This document shows positions 48,583-57,979 of a stretch of DNA of 64,000 bases, piece after piece; position 1 is the first letter of the stretch, and each line of letters opens with the position of its first letter. The DNA is from Halioglobus sp. (GTDB lineage Bacteria; Pseudomonadota; Gammaproteobacteria; Pseudomonadales; Halieaceae). The notes beneath the pieces were generated by a model. The model was not told the DNA's origin and did no database searches. It worked only from the letters and a program-made list of their open reading frames with translations. The DNA lies in the NCBI GenBank assembly GCA_037969215.1, contig JBBKWY010000036.1, positions 16,065 to 80,064 of the forward strand. The letters run 5' to 3'. A program made the translations under genes and the position numbers.

Positions 48583-49383
48583 TTAGCCCATACCGCCCCA
48601 AGCCCGCGGCATCTGCATATTGAGCCGCTCCAACCCGCCATTGACCCCAAGGATTTCGCCGGTGACATAACTTGCCGCCGGTGTGCAGAGATACAGGGCG
48701 CCGAGGGCGATATCCTCCACCTCACCCAGGCGTGCCATCGGTGTCAGGTCCACCATTGTCTGTTCGATTTCGGGTGTGAGCACGGTATTGAGAGCGTCTG
48801 TTTTGGTAGAGCCCACGGCGATAGCATTGACGCGCACCTTGGGGGCGAACTCCTGCGCCAACTCCTGCGTTAGCATAGACAGCGCACCCTTGGCCGTACC
48901 GTAGGCGGAAAAACAGGGGGTGGGTTTGTGCCCAGCTATCGAGGAAATATTGAGGATCGCACCGCCACCGGTGGATTCGACCATCAGCGGTGCGCAAATA
49001 CGTGAGAGCTCAAAGGCTGTGGTCACATTAAAGCGAAAGGCACCCTCGAACTCGCGCGCGGTGGTTTGTGAGACTGGCTTGGGCGGAAAACCGCCGGCAT
49101 TGTTCACCAGAATATCGATGCGGCCGAATTCCGCCATGGTGCGATCAGCGAGGTTTTGCAACTGGCTGAAGTCCAATACGTCGGTCTGCACAACCAGTGC
49201 TCGCCTCCCCATTGATGTGATCTGGGCTGCCACGCTTTCCAGGTCGGCGACCGTGCGTGCGCCGATCACCACATCGGCACCGGCCTCTGCGAATGCTTTG
49301 GCGATAGCCGCTCCGATGCCTTTGCCGGCGCCGGTTACTATCGCGACTTTTCCGTCCAGTTTGAAATTATCAAAAATTGACAC
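48583..49383 (-). CDS. Short-chain dehydrogenase/reductase
   Basis: 266 aa. TGAGKGIG, NNAG, and YGTAK catalytic motif. Confidence 0.9.
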   Translation of the reverse strand: MSIFDNFKLDGKVAIVTGAGKGIGAAIAKAFAEAGADVVIGARTVADLESVAAQITSMGRRALVVQTDVLDFSQLQNLADRTMAEFGRIDILVNNAGGFPPKPVSQTTAREFEGAFRFNVTTAFELSRICAPLMVESTGGGAILNISSIAGHKPTPCFSAYGTAKGALSMLTQELAQEFAPKVRVNAIAVGSTKTDALNTVLTPEIEQTMVDLTPMARLGEVEDIALGALYLCTPAASYVTGEILGVNGGLERLNMQMPRAWGGMG

Positions 49384-49453
49384 TTGCTACTCCTCGAGAA
49401 TGATCAAAGTAATGTACACAGAAAAGGATGCCAGCCGTGAAACAAGGCCGCAC

Positions 49454-51409
49454 TTACTGCAGGTTGCGGTTGATAAAATTCACCATCGGGCCAATCACAT
49501 GATTGGTTTCATCATCATCCGCAGTGACAATATCCACATGGCTGTAACCTTCCGAGATATACACTTCAAAGCCACCGCTGACCTCGCCGAATGTGGGAAA
49601 GGCCTCGCTCGGGTTGGCGTTGTCCACCACGCGCGGTGTTGTGCCATCACAGCTTGGTGCCGCGCAGGGGCCGATAGCGGCGGCAAAACTGAGCCAGGCC
49701 GCTGGTGCCGGTGTCAGCCCATTGCTGCCCCCGAATGCGATCACTGGAATATCGATAGCGGCGGCCTGAGTGCGATTGTCGATATCGCTGCGTCCACGTC
49801 CCCGCGGTGGTGGGGCCGATAGAGATGTGGTGTCCAACCCGAGCCCGTTAGTGACGCCGAGGCCGGAAGAGGGATAATACCAATCCAGGAAATTGGTCGC
49901 GCCGCGATAAAAAATAGGCAGCATCCTGCCCTCAAGATCTGAAGGCTCCACCTCTTTGCCCCATTTACCGAATTCAGCTAGTGTCTGCGGCGCTGGACCA
50001 TTGTCGACCAGGGCCTCAGGTGGCAGTGGTTCGCCCTTGCTCAACCAGGTGCCCACACCATCGACAACCGGACCTTCAAACCCCACGGATGTGGCGAGAA
50101 AGCCCGCTACCGCTGCGGCCAGGCCGTCATCGTCCAGAAATTTTCCCAGCAGGGTGACCGATGATACGGACGAATTGCCTACCAGTGGTGTCAGGATATT
50201 CAGTTCCGGCACCTGCGCTATCACATTGTTGCCGGGTATCTCGTTAAAGTCGCGCTGCAGTATGGATGCGACCGTATCATCGTTGAGCGACGCATCCAGC
50301 GCAGCCACTTCCGAAATCGCAAGCAATTGCGTGGACAAAAGTCCGGGAATGACTGAAAAGGCGAGTTCAGGTTCCACGCAGGACGTATTGTCAAAAGCTG
50401 CGCAATCGGTCGCGGCCGTGTCGATGGCGCAGGCGGTTTGGCCATCAATGCAGCGCGGCATCTGGTCGCGAACCGCACCATAAAGGCCGCCATCAAAACG
50501 CGCTTCTATCAAATCCAGCGTCGCCTCGTCGGGCTCATCCGCTGACAGGCTCGCGCCTCCGCCCTCTACCAGTATCAGTCCGCGTAGTTTCTCGTAACCT
50601 GGATCGGGGGCTCCGCCAGAGAGATTGAAATCTGTAGCGGCATAGCGGGCGGTATAACCTGTGCCTGCGGAGTGGCCGCCGAGGAACACATTGCCGCTGC
50701 GAGCCACACTGCGGGCGGCGTCAATGACCGCGTCGATGTCTTGCGAGTGAACCAACGGGGTCCACTGCGCCATAAAGGCAGTGTCTGAATTGGTGTTATA
50801 AAAAATGGCACGTCGGTTGGGCCCTTCCACCAGTGCCGGGCTCAACGCCAGGCCCAGGGCATCACCGAACAGGAAGTCCAGCCCCACCAGCGGATCCTGT
50901 AATTCCTCGGCGATGTCCAGCCCCACGGTGTCTTCCAGTTGATTGGAGCGACGATCTACCGCCCACACTTCCAATACCAGATTGGCGTCTGCCGCAGCGC
51001 GACGCAGCAAGTTTTCGGCCAGTAGATAGAACGTCGCTGCACCACCCTCAAATCCCGGGATCAGGACGACAATACCGTCTGGCTGCATCCCATCCTTGTC
51101 CGACAGGAAGTAGCGGGTATAACGCGCCTGATTTAAATTGATATCGGCTGAGCCGAACTGGCGCAGCAGTTTCGCGTTGTCGACCGTTACACCCGGTGTT
51201 CCCGGGGTGAATGCCGGGGTGGCTGCGCTGGGGATATTGACAGTAGTCTGGGAAAAAATACTGGCGGGTGGCTCCGGTGGTGTAACGACGGGTGGCTCCG
51301 GTGCCGTAACAGGATTGCCGGTATTGCTATTGTTATTGTTGTTGTCGGAACAGGCGAGCAGCAAACTGCTGGCGAGCACGATACAGAAAAGTCTTGAGAA
51401 AGGGTGCAT
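49454..51409 (-). CDS. Large lipoprotein alpha/beta hydrolase (putative lipase/esterase)
   Basis: 651 aa. Lipobox LLAC, an Asn5 and Pro-rich linker, nucleophile elbow GGHSAG, C-terminal GYSHVDI (candidate catalytic His). Confidence 0.7.
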   Translation of the reverse strand: MHPFSRLFCIVLASSLLLACSDNNNNNSNTGNPVTAPEPPVVTPPEPPASIFSQTTVNIPSAATPAFTPGTPGVTVDNAKLLRQFGSADINLNQARYTRYFLSDKDGMQPDGIVVLIPGFEGGAATFYLLAENLLRRAAADANLVLEVWAVDRRSNQLEDTVGLDIAEELQDPLVGLDFLFGDALGLALSPALVEGPNRRAIFYNTNSDTAFMAQWTPLVHSQDIDAVIDAARSVARSGNVFLGGHSAGTGYTARYAATDFNLSGGAPDPGYEKLRGLILVEGGGASLSADEPDEATLDLIEARFDGGLYGAVRDQMPRCIDGQTACAIDTAATDCAAFDNTSCVEPELAFSVIPGLLSTQLLAISEVAALDASLNDDTVASILQRDFNEIPGNNVIAQVPELNILTPLVGNSSVSSVTLLGKFLDDDGLAAAVAGFLATSVGFEGPVVDGVGTWLSKGEPLPPEALVDNGPAPQTLAEFGKWGKEVEPSDLEGRMLPIFYRGATNFLDWYYPSSGLGVTNGLGLDTTSLSAPPPRGRGRSDIDNRTQAAAIDIPVIAFGGSNGLTPAPAAWLSFAAAIGPCAAPSCDGTTPRVVDNANPSEAFPTFGEVSGGFEVYISEGYSHVDIVTADDDETNHVIGPMVNFINRNLQ

Positions 51410-51698
51410 ACAGGGCCTGTCTGGTCTTGTTATCGTTGCTTGTTTTTTACACTATTGGGCGCGCCGAGGCTACCGCAAATTACTGTGCAGGCAGGACATT
51501 CAGCTGTCCGGCTGACTTATGCTAACCTCCTGAACCGCACCCGGGTATATCGCGTTTCTTCGAGTCGGATGTTCGAGCGCTGTTCGTCCCCTGCTCTGTC
51601 ATCAGGCATTACGATGGCAGCCTGTTCCGGGACGGTGGCCTGCCCTTGTCAGTTGTGGGGCGCGTCCCAACATTTAACAGTCGTTTAAGGGGTTAGAC

Positions 51699-52436
51699 GT
51701 GAGAAAGGTAGCAATGATCACCGGCGGAGCCAAACGGATCGGACGTGCAATTGCGGTCCATCTGCACGCGCTTGGGTTTGATATCGCATTGCACTACTGC
51801 AGCTCGGCAGACGGTGCGCAGACGCTGGTCGATGAGCTGTGCCGCGAGCGGCCCGACTCCTGTCGCCTGTTCCAGGCGGATTTGCAGGATCAGGCACAGA
51901 TCAGCGCAATGGCAAGCGAATTGCTTGCGCACTATCCAGCCATTGAGCTGCTGGTAAACAATGCCTCCAGCTATTTGCCGTCGCCCATCCAGACGTGCAC
52001 GCCGGCGCAGTTTGACAGCCTGTTTGGCGCCAACCTGCGCGGTCCCTATTTCCTGATTCAGGGTTTGTTGCCAGGGATGCGATCTGGCGCCGCCAGCATT
52101 GTTAACATCCTCGATGTGCATGTGGATATGCCACTCAGGGATTTTAACGTCTATGGCGCAACCAAGGCGGGGCTGGCCTCGCTGACGCGCAGTTTGGCCG
52201 TGGAGTTGGGGCCGGATATTCGAGTCAATGGTATTTCCCCCGGTGCCATACTGTGGCCAGAGGGCGACGACAGCTACGACGACAAAATGCGCGAGTACAC
52301 CGTGCAGCAGACACCGTTAAAACGGTTGGGCGAGCCGCTGGATATCGCGCGCACCGTGGCCTTTTTGGCCTGCGAAGCGCCGTTTATCACCGGCCAGATT
52401 ATCAAGGTGGACGGCGGCAGGAGTCTGGTCAGCTAG
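51699..52436 (+). CDS. Pteridine reductase-like SDR
   Basis: 245 aa. GTG start. ITGGAKRIGRAIA, NNAS, YGATK. Resembles the FolM/PTR1 type. Confidence 0.75.
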   Translation: MRKVAMITGGAKRIGRAIAVHLHALGFDIALHYCSSADGAQTLVDELCRERPDSCRLFQADLQDQAQISAMASELLAHYPAIELLVNNASSYLPSPIQTCTPAQFDSLFGANLRGPYFLIQGLLPGMRSGAASIVNILDVHVDMPLRDFNVYGATKAGLASLTRSLAVELGPDIRVNGISPGAILWPEGDDSYDDKMREYTVQQTPLKRLGEPLDIARTVAFLACEAPFITGQIIKVDGGRSLVS

Positions 52437-52448
52437 CGTGTGGGGTAA

Positions 52449-52874
52449 TCACCACACCAGCAGGGCGGCGCGCACGACCAGAGTGATTAACACCAGTGAA
52501 GATAGGCTAAACAGCAGGAAGCGCAGCTCGATTTGGTTCCACAGCGTCTGGTGCAGTGTGTGAATGACACGCAAGCCGACGTAACACCAGGCCAGCGTGA
52601 CATTCAGTCCCTCGCCCGCGCCCAGCAGTGCCAGCGTCAGCGCCACGGCGTAAAACATCACCGGCTGCTGCAATAGGTGATTGTAGTTGTCCGCCTTCCA
52701 CCGCACCCTGGGTGGCAGCTGTGACATCTGCTGCCCGGTGGGAAGGTTCTGGTCCATTGTCATGCCGGCCTGGCGGATAGCCGGAATGCGCGTGATATAC
52801 ATCCACCCCCAGACGACGCAGGTCAATAACAGTAGTGCGATAACGGGGGACAGGATTTCAGTAGATACGGGCAT
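52449..52874 (-). CDS. MAPEG-family membrane protein
   Basis: ATG at 52874 (MPVSTEIL). 4 TM helices. NYNHLLQQPVMFY motif. Confidence 0.7.
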   Translation of the reverse strand: MPVSTEILSPVIALLLLTCVVWGWMYITRIPAIRQAGMTMDQNLPTGQQMSQLPPRVRWKADNYNHLLQQPVMFYAVALTLALLGAGEGLNVTLAWCYVGLRVIHTLHQTLWNQIELRFLLFSLSSLVLITLVVRAALLVW

Positions 52875-53050
52875 GGCGTATTCCTCATTATTGGTTGATT
52901 GATGTGCGCGCGGCAACAGCCGAAGTATTGGATGATAGCGCCATGCTTGTCCAGTAAAGCGTGCGCGTTGCACTCACCCGCCCGTTGCGCCTAACATGGG
53001 CCACAAGCCCGCAAAATTCATCACCGTCTACCAGGACAGAGGCTCCAGCA

Positions 53051-54346
53051 ATGAAACTTCTGCGCAAGAATGTTTTTCACCTGAGCGATATTCCGAAGGA
53101 TCTCGACTCGGTCATCAGTATCGACTCGAAAGCAGAGGTAGATCCGCGCGAGCTGGGCTTGCTGCAGGCGGATGTGGATGGCATCTGGGACAATATTATC
53201 AAGATATACAAGACGGGTGTGCATCCCGCCATTACGGTCTGTATTCGATACCAGGGCAAGCTCCTGATGTCGCGGGCCATCGGCCATGTCCGCGGCAACG
53301 GGCCCAATGACAACGCCAATAGCGATAAAGTGCTCGCCACCCCCGACACCCCGATGTGCCTTTACTCTACGTCCAAGGGTATCACCGCGCTGCTGATGCA
53401 TATGCTGCAGGAAGATGGGCTGATCAATCTCTCTGACCCAGTGGCATTCTATGCCCCGGAGTTCGCCCGCAAGGGCAAGGACAACATCACTATTCACCAG
53501 ATACTGGCGCACCGCGGCGGCATCCCCGGGCTGCCCAAAAACGTCGCTATTGAAACGCTGTGGGACGAGGACAAGACCTGGGAGCTGTTGTGCGATGCGC
53601 AACCCATTGTGACCGACGGCTCGAAGCTGGCGTATCACGCGATTACCGGCGGTTTCGTACTCGAGCGGGTAATGCGCAAGGTCACCGGTGAGGATATCAA
53701 CGCGTATATCACCAGAAAAATCCGTCAGCCCATGGGAATGAAGTACTTCACCTATGGCATCGAAGCTGCGCACCTGGACGATCTGGCGATGACGTATGCC
53801 ACCGGTCCACGCCCGGGTTTACTGCTGGGTAGTTTTCTAAAGCGCGCTCTGGGTGCGGATATCGAAACACTGGAGGCAACCTGCAATGACCCGCGCTTCC
53901 AGGAGGCGATTATTCCCGCGGGAAACCTCGCGGCTACCGCCGAGGAGACCTGCCGTTTCTTCCAGATGATGCTCAACGGCGGTAAGTGGGGTCGCCGGCG
54001 TATTTGCGCCGAAAGCACGGTTGCGCGGGCGATTCAGGAGTTCGGCTCCCGCACCTTGGACCGCACCCTTTTTATCCCGATGCGTTTCAGTGCCGGTTTA
54101 ATGCTCGGCGATGCACCCTTTGGCGTCTGGGGGCCCAACAGCCGTCACGCTTTTGGTCATCTGGGGTTGATCAACAAGTTTGCCTGGGCGGACCCGCAGC
54201 GTGAGCTGTCTGCGGCACTGCTCACTTCCGGTCTGCCGATCATTGCCCACCACATACCCGCGTTGGTCAATGTGATGCGTGGCATAGGCAATACCTTTCC
54301 TGTCACTGACAGCGAGCCGGCACCCTTCGCCCTGAAATTGGATTAG
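53051..54346 (+). CDS. Serine hydrolase (beta-lactamase/esterase class C-like family)
   Basis: ATG at 53051 (MKLLRKN). SxxK motif YSTSKG. About 431 aa. Confidence 0.85.
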   Translation: MKLLRKNVFHLSDIPKDLDSVISIDSKAEVDPRELGLLQADVDGIWDNIIKIYKTGVHPAITVCIRYQGKLLMSRAIGHVRGNGPNDNANSDKVLATPDTPMCLYSTSKGITALLMHMLQEDGLINLSDPVAFYAPEFARKGKDNITIHQILAHRGGIPGLPKNVAIETLWDEDKTWELLCDAQPIVTDGSKLAYHAITGGFVLERVMRKVTGEDINAYITRKIRQPMGMKYFTYGIEAAHLDDLAMTYATGPRPGLLLGSFLKRALGADIETLEATCNDPRFQEAIIPAGNLAATAEETCRFFQMMLNGGKWGRRRICAESTVARAIQEFGSRTLDRTLFIPMRFSAGLMLGDAPFGVWGPNSRHAFGHLGLINKFAWADPQRELSAALLTSGLPIIAHHIPALVNVMRGIGNTFPVTDSEPAPFALKLD

Positions 54347-54396
54347 TGGCCCAACACCCCGACACCCCTATGCGGGGGCTGTCAGGGCTCGCTACC

Positions 54397-56280
54397 CTAG
54401 TCGAGATTGGCATAGATGGTGAGCATTTCACCGTTGCGGGCAACCTCAACTACATCGAGGTTAAGACCCAAAAATGAGGGCAACGGGAAACCGCCCAAGC
54501 CACCGGCCAGTGACGGCAGGAATGAACCTACGATATGTGGCAGCAGGGCCTCCACATCGGAAAGGTCTGCGCCGATAGGGTTCTCTACCGATTTCACCGT
54601 TATATTGAAAGGGTCTGGCTCCGCGAGCTCAAACACCAGCGCGCCGGCACCCTCATCAACGGTAAGCTCGATCCCGACGTCGGCATCAAGCATCATATCC
54701 GCTGCGTCTATTACCGCCACGCCAGATTCCGTAGCGACGTCAACAACCACCTTCAGATGAAGCTGCGCAATTTTGAGTAGAGCCAGCTCACCTGCCGGAC
54801 CGGGTGCGCCTGTGATCAGCGGCGCCATAGTGGGATTGATTTCGATACGCGCGGGTGAATTGGGCGCAAGGCCTTTAAGTTCGGGAATGAAGGCCGACAG
54901 CAGACCCGAGGTCAGAGGTATTGGCGTTCCCGTGCCAAACAAATCGAGCTCGGTGATGGTTGCAACAAGCAGGCCGCACTCGATCATTGAGCGCAGGAGC
55001 TGGTTAAAGCCAGAACTGGAGATACCCATGCCGATCTCGTAGGGAGAGCCGCCGGGCGTGGTGCTATCAAAGTCTGGAAAAGGTTGGGCAACATGGTAAG
55101 AAGCGGTCAGGTCGGGGGAGCTCTCAGGAGGATTACACTCGCCCGGGGCAGTACCGTAATTCGTTATAAAGCGCGCGTTCGAGCCCAGTGTAATGCCCGC
55201 TGTGGTTTCCTGAACCTGGAAGAACGGTGCATCGAGTTGCGCGTTCAAGGCCTGGCCAAGCGGGCCAGAGACGTCCACACCTGCTAGTGCGCCTTCAATC
55301 GCAGAAGCAATGGGCGTATTGTTGCTTGCATCAACGTCGTTGAGGAACCCTTCAAGGCCACCCACCACCATAGGCTTCACGTTCCCGATAATAAGCTGAA
55401 TGATGTCACCGATAAGGAACGTATTGCAGGCACCGCTGGTAAAGGTCTGGTCAAAGTTAACGAACATCGTAGACACCCCGCCGAGCTGCAAAACATCGAC
55501 TCGAGTAGGGATGGTGCCATCTGGCTCAAGCGCGTAATTTCCTGACAAGGTAACGGCGCTCGCCTTCAAGTTGAGATTGCAATTGGGTACCAACACCCAG
55601 GAACCCCCATCGATGTAGACGTTCAGGTCAAAATTGTTCAGATTGACATCGGCATGTACGCTGTCTTGCTGAGAGTTAAAGTTCACATCGAAACTTGAAA
55701 TACTGGGTGGCGCGTTCGTAATCTTGATAGTCGCCCGGCCCAGGCAACCAAAAATGCCGTCGATCACGCAAATATTGTTGGCCACAACTGTGCCCACCGG
55801 CATGAGGGTGGGCAGATCGAGGTCGACAAGCCCGGAGACAACCGGCTCGAGTGACTCGAGGCCAGAGGCATTGATCTGCAGCGCAATGGCCTCGGGCGAA
55901 TAGTCTCCTTCGAGAATAGAATCTCCAGCGATGACTACGACACGGTCGCTGTCAAAAAAGCCCTTGGACACCTCGGAAATGTCGGCTTCTATCGCATTGA
56001 ACACGCTCAAAGGGTCAAGCAGGATGTTTGTGCTGTAGCTACCATCAGGCGCAATCGGCACCGGCGAGCCATTTATCTCCAGCGTCATGTCCGCAACATC
56101 CAGCGGGAAATCATCGGGAGTGGTACTGAAGACGTTGCCGCTGACAGTGACGGTTGGTTCCTCGATAAACGCGCCATTCACCGGGTCGTCAATTTCCACG
56201 CGCATACAGCCCGTAATGGCTGTGCTGGTGATGATGACGGCGAAGGTCAGAAACTTTGAAAAGCTATTCATTATTAACAT
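54397..56280 (-). CDS. Large orphan lipoprotein, function unknown
   Basis: 627 aa. Lipobox ITGC. Beta-rich, low in charged clusters, with several Cys pairs. No catalytic motif recognised. Confidence 0.65.
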   Translation of the reverse strand: MLIMNSFSKFLTFAVIITSTAITGCMRVEIDDPVNGAFIEEPTVTVSGNVFSTTPDDFPLDVADMTLEINGSPVPIAPDGSYSTNILLDPLSVFNAIEADISEVSKGFFDSDRVVVIAGDSILEGDYSPEAIALQINASGLESLEPVVSGLVDLDLPTLMPVGTVVANNICVIDGIFGCLGRATIKITNAPPSISSFDVNFNSQQDSVHADVNLNNFDLNVYIDGGSWVLVPNCNLNLKASAVTLSGNYALEPDGTIPTRVDVLQLGGVSTMFVNFDQTFTSGACNTFLIGDIIQLIIGNVKPMVVGGLEGFLNDVDASNNTPIASAIEGALAGVDVSGPLGQALNAQLDAPFFQVQETTAGITLGSNARFITNYGTAPGECNPPESSPDLTASYHVAQPFPDFDSTTPGGSPYEIGMGISSSGFNQLLRSMIECGLLVATITELDLFGTGTPIPLTSGLLSAFIPELKGLAPNSPARIEINPTMAPLITGAPGPAGELALLKIAQLHLKVVVDVATESGVAVIDAADMMLDADVGIELTVDEGAGALVFELAEPDPFNITVKSVENPIGADLSDVEALLPHIVGSFLPSLAGGLGGFPLPSFLGLNLDVVEVARNGEMLTIYANLD

Positions 56281-56377
56281 TATTATGCTCCAGGCTCAGT
56301 CAAGTTCGCGACTGGTTGGTTTTTTTATATTTATAAGGTGATTCAAGCAGAGGAGAATGTCAACCGTTAGCCGAGCA

Positions 56378-56420
56378 GGGTAGGCCCCGCCGGGTAGGCC
56401 CCCCGGGCAGGTCCCGCCGG
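56378..56420. repeat. Three tandem GC-rich 13-14-nt repeats: GGGTAGGCCCCGCC / GGGTAGGCCCCCC / GGGCAGGTCCCGCC
   Basis: Read directly from the sequence. Ends 1 nt before the stop codon of the RIO-kinase gene on the minus strand. Confidence 0.8.
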
Positions 56421-57278
56421 TTAGTCGTCTTCTTCGGCGTCGCGCATTCGCTCTATACGACTTTCCTCTTCGGCCAGCGCGGCCTTTATTTCGAGCATGA
56501 CACTGTCGACGTCAGCGGCATGTGTATCCATCGCGAACAGGCCTGTCAGTTGCAAGTCCGGGTGTAGCTCACCGTCTTCATACAGTGCCCACATTTCCTC
56601 GGCATAGTGGCTGTCGCGCAACTCGGGAGCGAATAAGCCATAGTACTCGGACATGTTTCTTACATCCCGCTCCAACATACTGCGGGCGTTGTTATTGGCA
56701 GCCGCGTCAACTGCTTGTGGCAGATCGATGATGACCGGTCCCTCTTCATCCACCAGCACATTGAACTCGGACAGGTCGCCGTGTACCAGGCCGACACACA
56801 GCATACGCATTACATACTGCATCATCAGGGCGTGGTCTTCCCGGGCCTGTTCTGCCGACATGGAAACTTCATTCAGGCGCGGTGCGACATCGCCATTTTC
56901 GTCTGTTATCAGCTCCATCAGCAGGACACCGTCGAAACAGCCATAGGCCTCGGGTACGCGAACCCCCGCTCTCGCCAGGCGATAAAGCGCGTCCACCTCG
57001 GCATTCTGCCAGGTGTCTTCCTGTTGCTTGCGCCCGAACTTGGAACCTTTTTCGATGGCCCTTGCCCGCCGGCTGTTGCGCACTTTACGGCCCTCGGTGT
57101 ATTGCACGGCTTTTTTGAAGCTGCGCTTGAGGGCGTCCTTGTAAATTTTGGCGCAGCGCACCTTGGAGCCGCAACGCACGATGAAGACGTCGGCCTCCTT
57201 GCCGCTCATTAACGGACGAATGACCTCGTCCACCAGTCCATCTTCCACGAGTGGTTTTAGGCGGTTGGGAATTTTCAC
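56421..57278 (-). CDS. RIO1-like atypical protein kinase
   Basis: GTG at 57278 (VKIPNRLKPLVEDGLVDEV). RIO motifs SGKEADVF, HGDLSEFNVLV, IIDLPQAV. The track ORF (to 57509) overlaps the upstream gene and is unlikely. Confidence 0.85.
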   Translation of the reverse strand: MKIPNRLKPLVEDGLVDEVIRPLMSGKEADVFIVRCGSKVRCAKIYKDALKRSFKKAVQYTEGRKVRNSRRARAIEKGSKFGRKQQEDTWQNAEVDALYRLARAGVRVPEAYGCFDGVLLMELITDENGDVAPRLNEVSMSAEQAREDHALMMQYVMRMLCVGLVHGDLSEFNVLVDEEGPVIIDLPQAVDAAANNNARSMLERDVRNMSEYYGLFAPELRDSHYAEEMWALYEDGELHPDLQLTGLFAMDTHAADVDSVMLEIKAALAEEESRIERMRDAEEDD

Positions 57279-57375
57279 CGCGTGTTCACTCCGCGGCTGG
57301 ATGCTGGCTGGCTGATGACTGTAATCCTGAGTGTAAGTGTGATGTGTCTGAAGGCTGCCTATTCTGACACGTCTC

Positions 57376-57810
57376 TTACCGTGGTTCAGCAATAAAAACG
57401 GGTATCCTTCGCGTGGTTTTTGCCTGGTATTCATCATAGGGCGGATAGGCCGCGGCGGCTGCCGTCCAGAGTTTGGCGCGCTCTTGTTCATCCGTAACTT
57501 CCCTGGCACGCATGTCGAACACTTGGGTTTTATCGCGAATCTCGATGTCGGGATGGCCCCTCAAGTTGTAAACCCAAACCGGGTTTTTAGGTTGTCCGCC
57601 CATCGAGCCGACCAGTACATAGTTCCCGTCGACCTCCACGCGCATTAAGGGTATTTTGCGAATGCCGCCGGTCTTGTTGCCGGTATGAGTCACTATAATG
57701 CAGGGCATACCTGTGTCCAGCAGGGTAGTTCCCTGCGTGCCTCCGCTCTTTTCGTAAAGTTCAACCTGTTCGCGTACCCAGTCCAGTGCGGCGGGAAGGT
57801 AGTCAGCCAT
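57376..57810 (-). CDS. Deazaflavin (F420H2)-dependent nitroreductase-family protein (DDN/DUF385-like)
   Basis: ATG at 57810 (MADYLPAALDW). VTHTGNKTGGIRKIPLM...GGQPKNPVWVYNL motifs typical of the family. Confidence 0.8.
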   Translation of the reverse strand: MADYLPAALDWVREQVELYEKSGGTQGTTLLDTGMPCIIVTHTGNKTGGIRKIPLMRVEVDGNYVLVGSMGGQPKNPVWVYNLRGHPDIEIRDKTQVFDMRAREVTDEQERAKLWTAAAAAYPPYDEYQAKTTRRIPVFIAEPR

Positions 57811-57979
57811 GGTCAATACTCCTGTAGTTAGTATTTGCCTGCAGTGCGCCACGCGCCAACTTGTGCGAGCTACGTCGATAGCTTACGGTTAGCGCCTGAG
57901 CGCCTACTATGCCTCAAAATAGCCCGCTAGAAGTAGAAAATTTCCCCGGCGGCGCATGGTATGCTGCTGCATTTGAAGC

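Noticed and set aside
48920-49822. 300-aa plus-strand ORF spanning the SDR gene and the start of the lipoprotein hydrolase gene
   Set aside because: It runs antisense to two supported genes and across their intergenic region. Ser/Ala/Arg-rich with no motif.
53021-53773. 250-aa ORF antisense to the serine hydrolase gene
   Set aside because: Shadow ORF. The sense frame carries the SxxK motif and full-length homology pattern.
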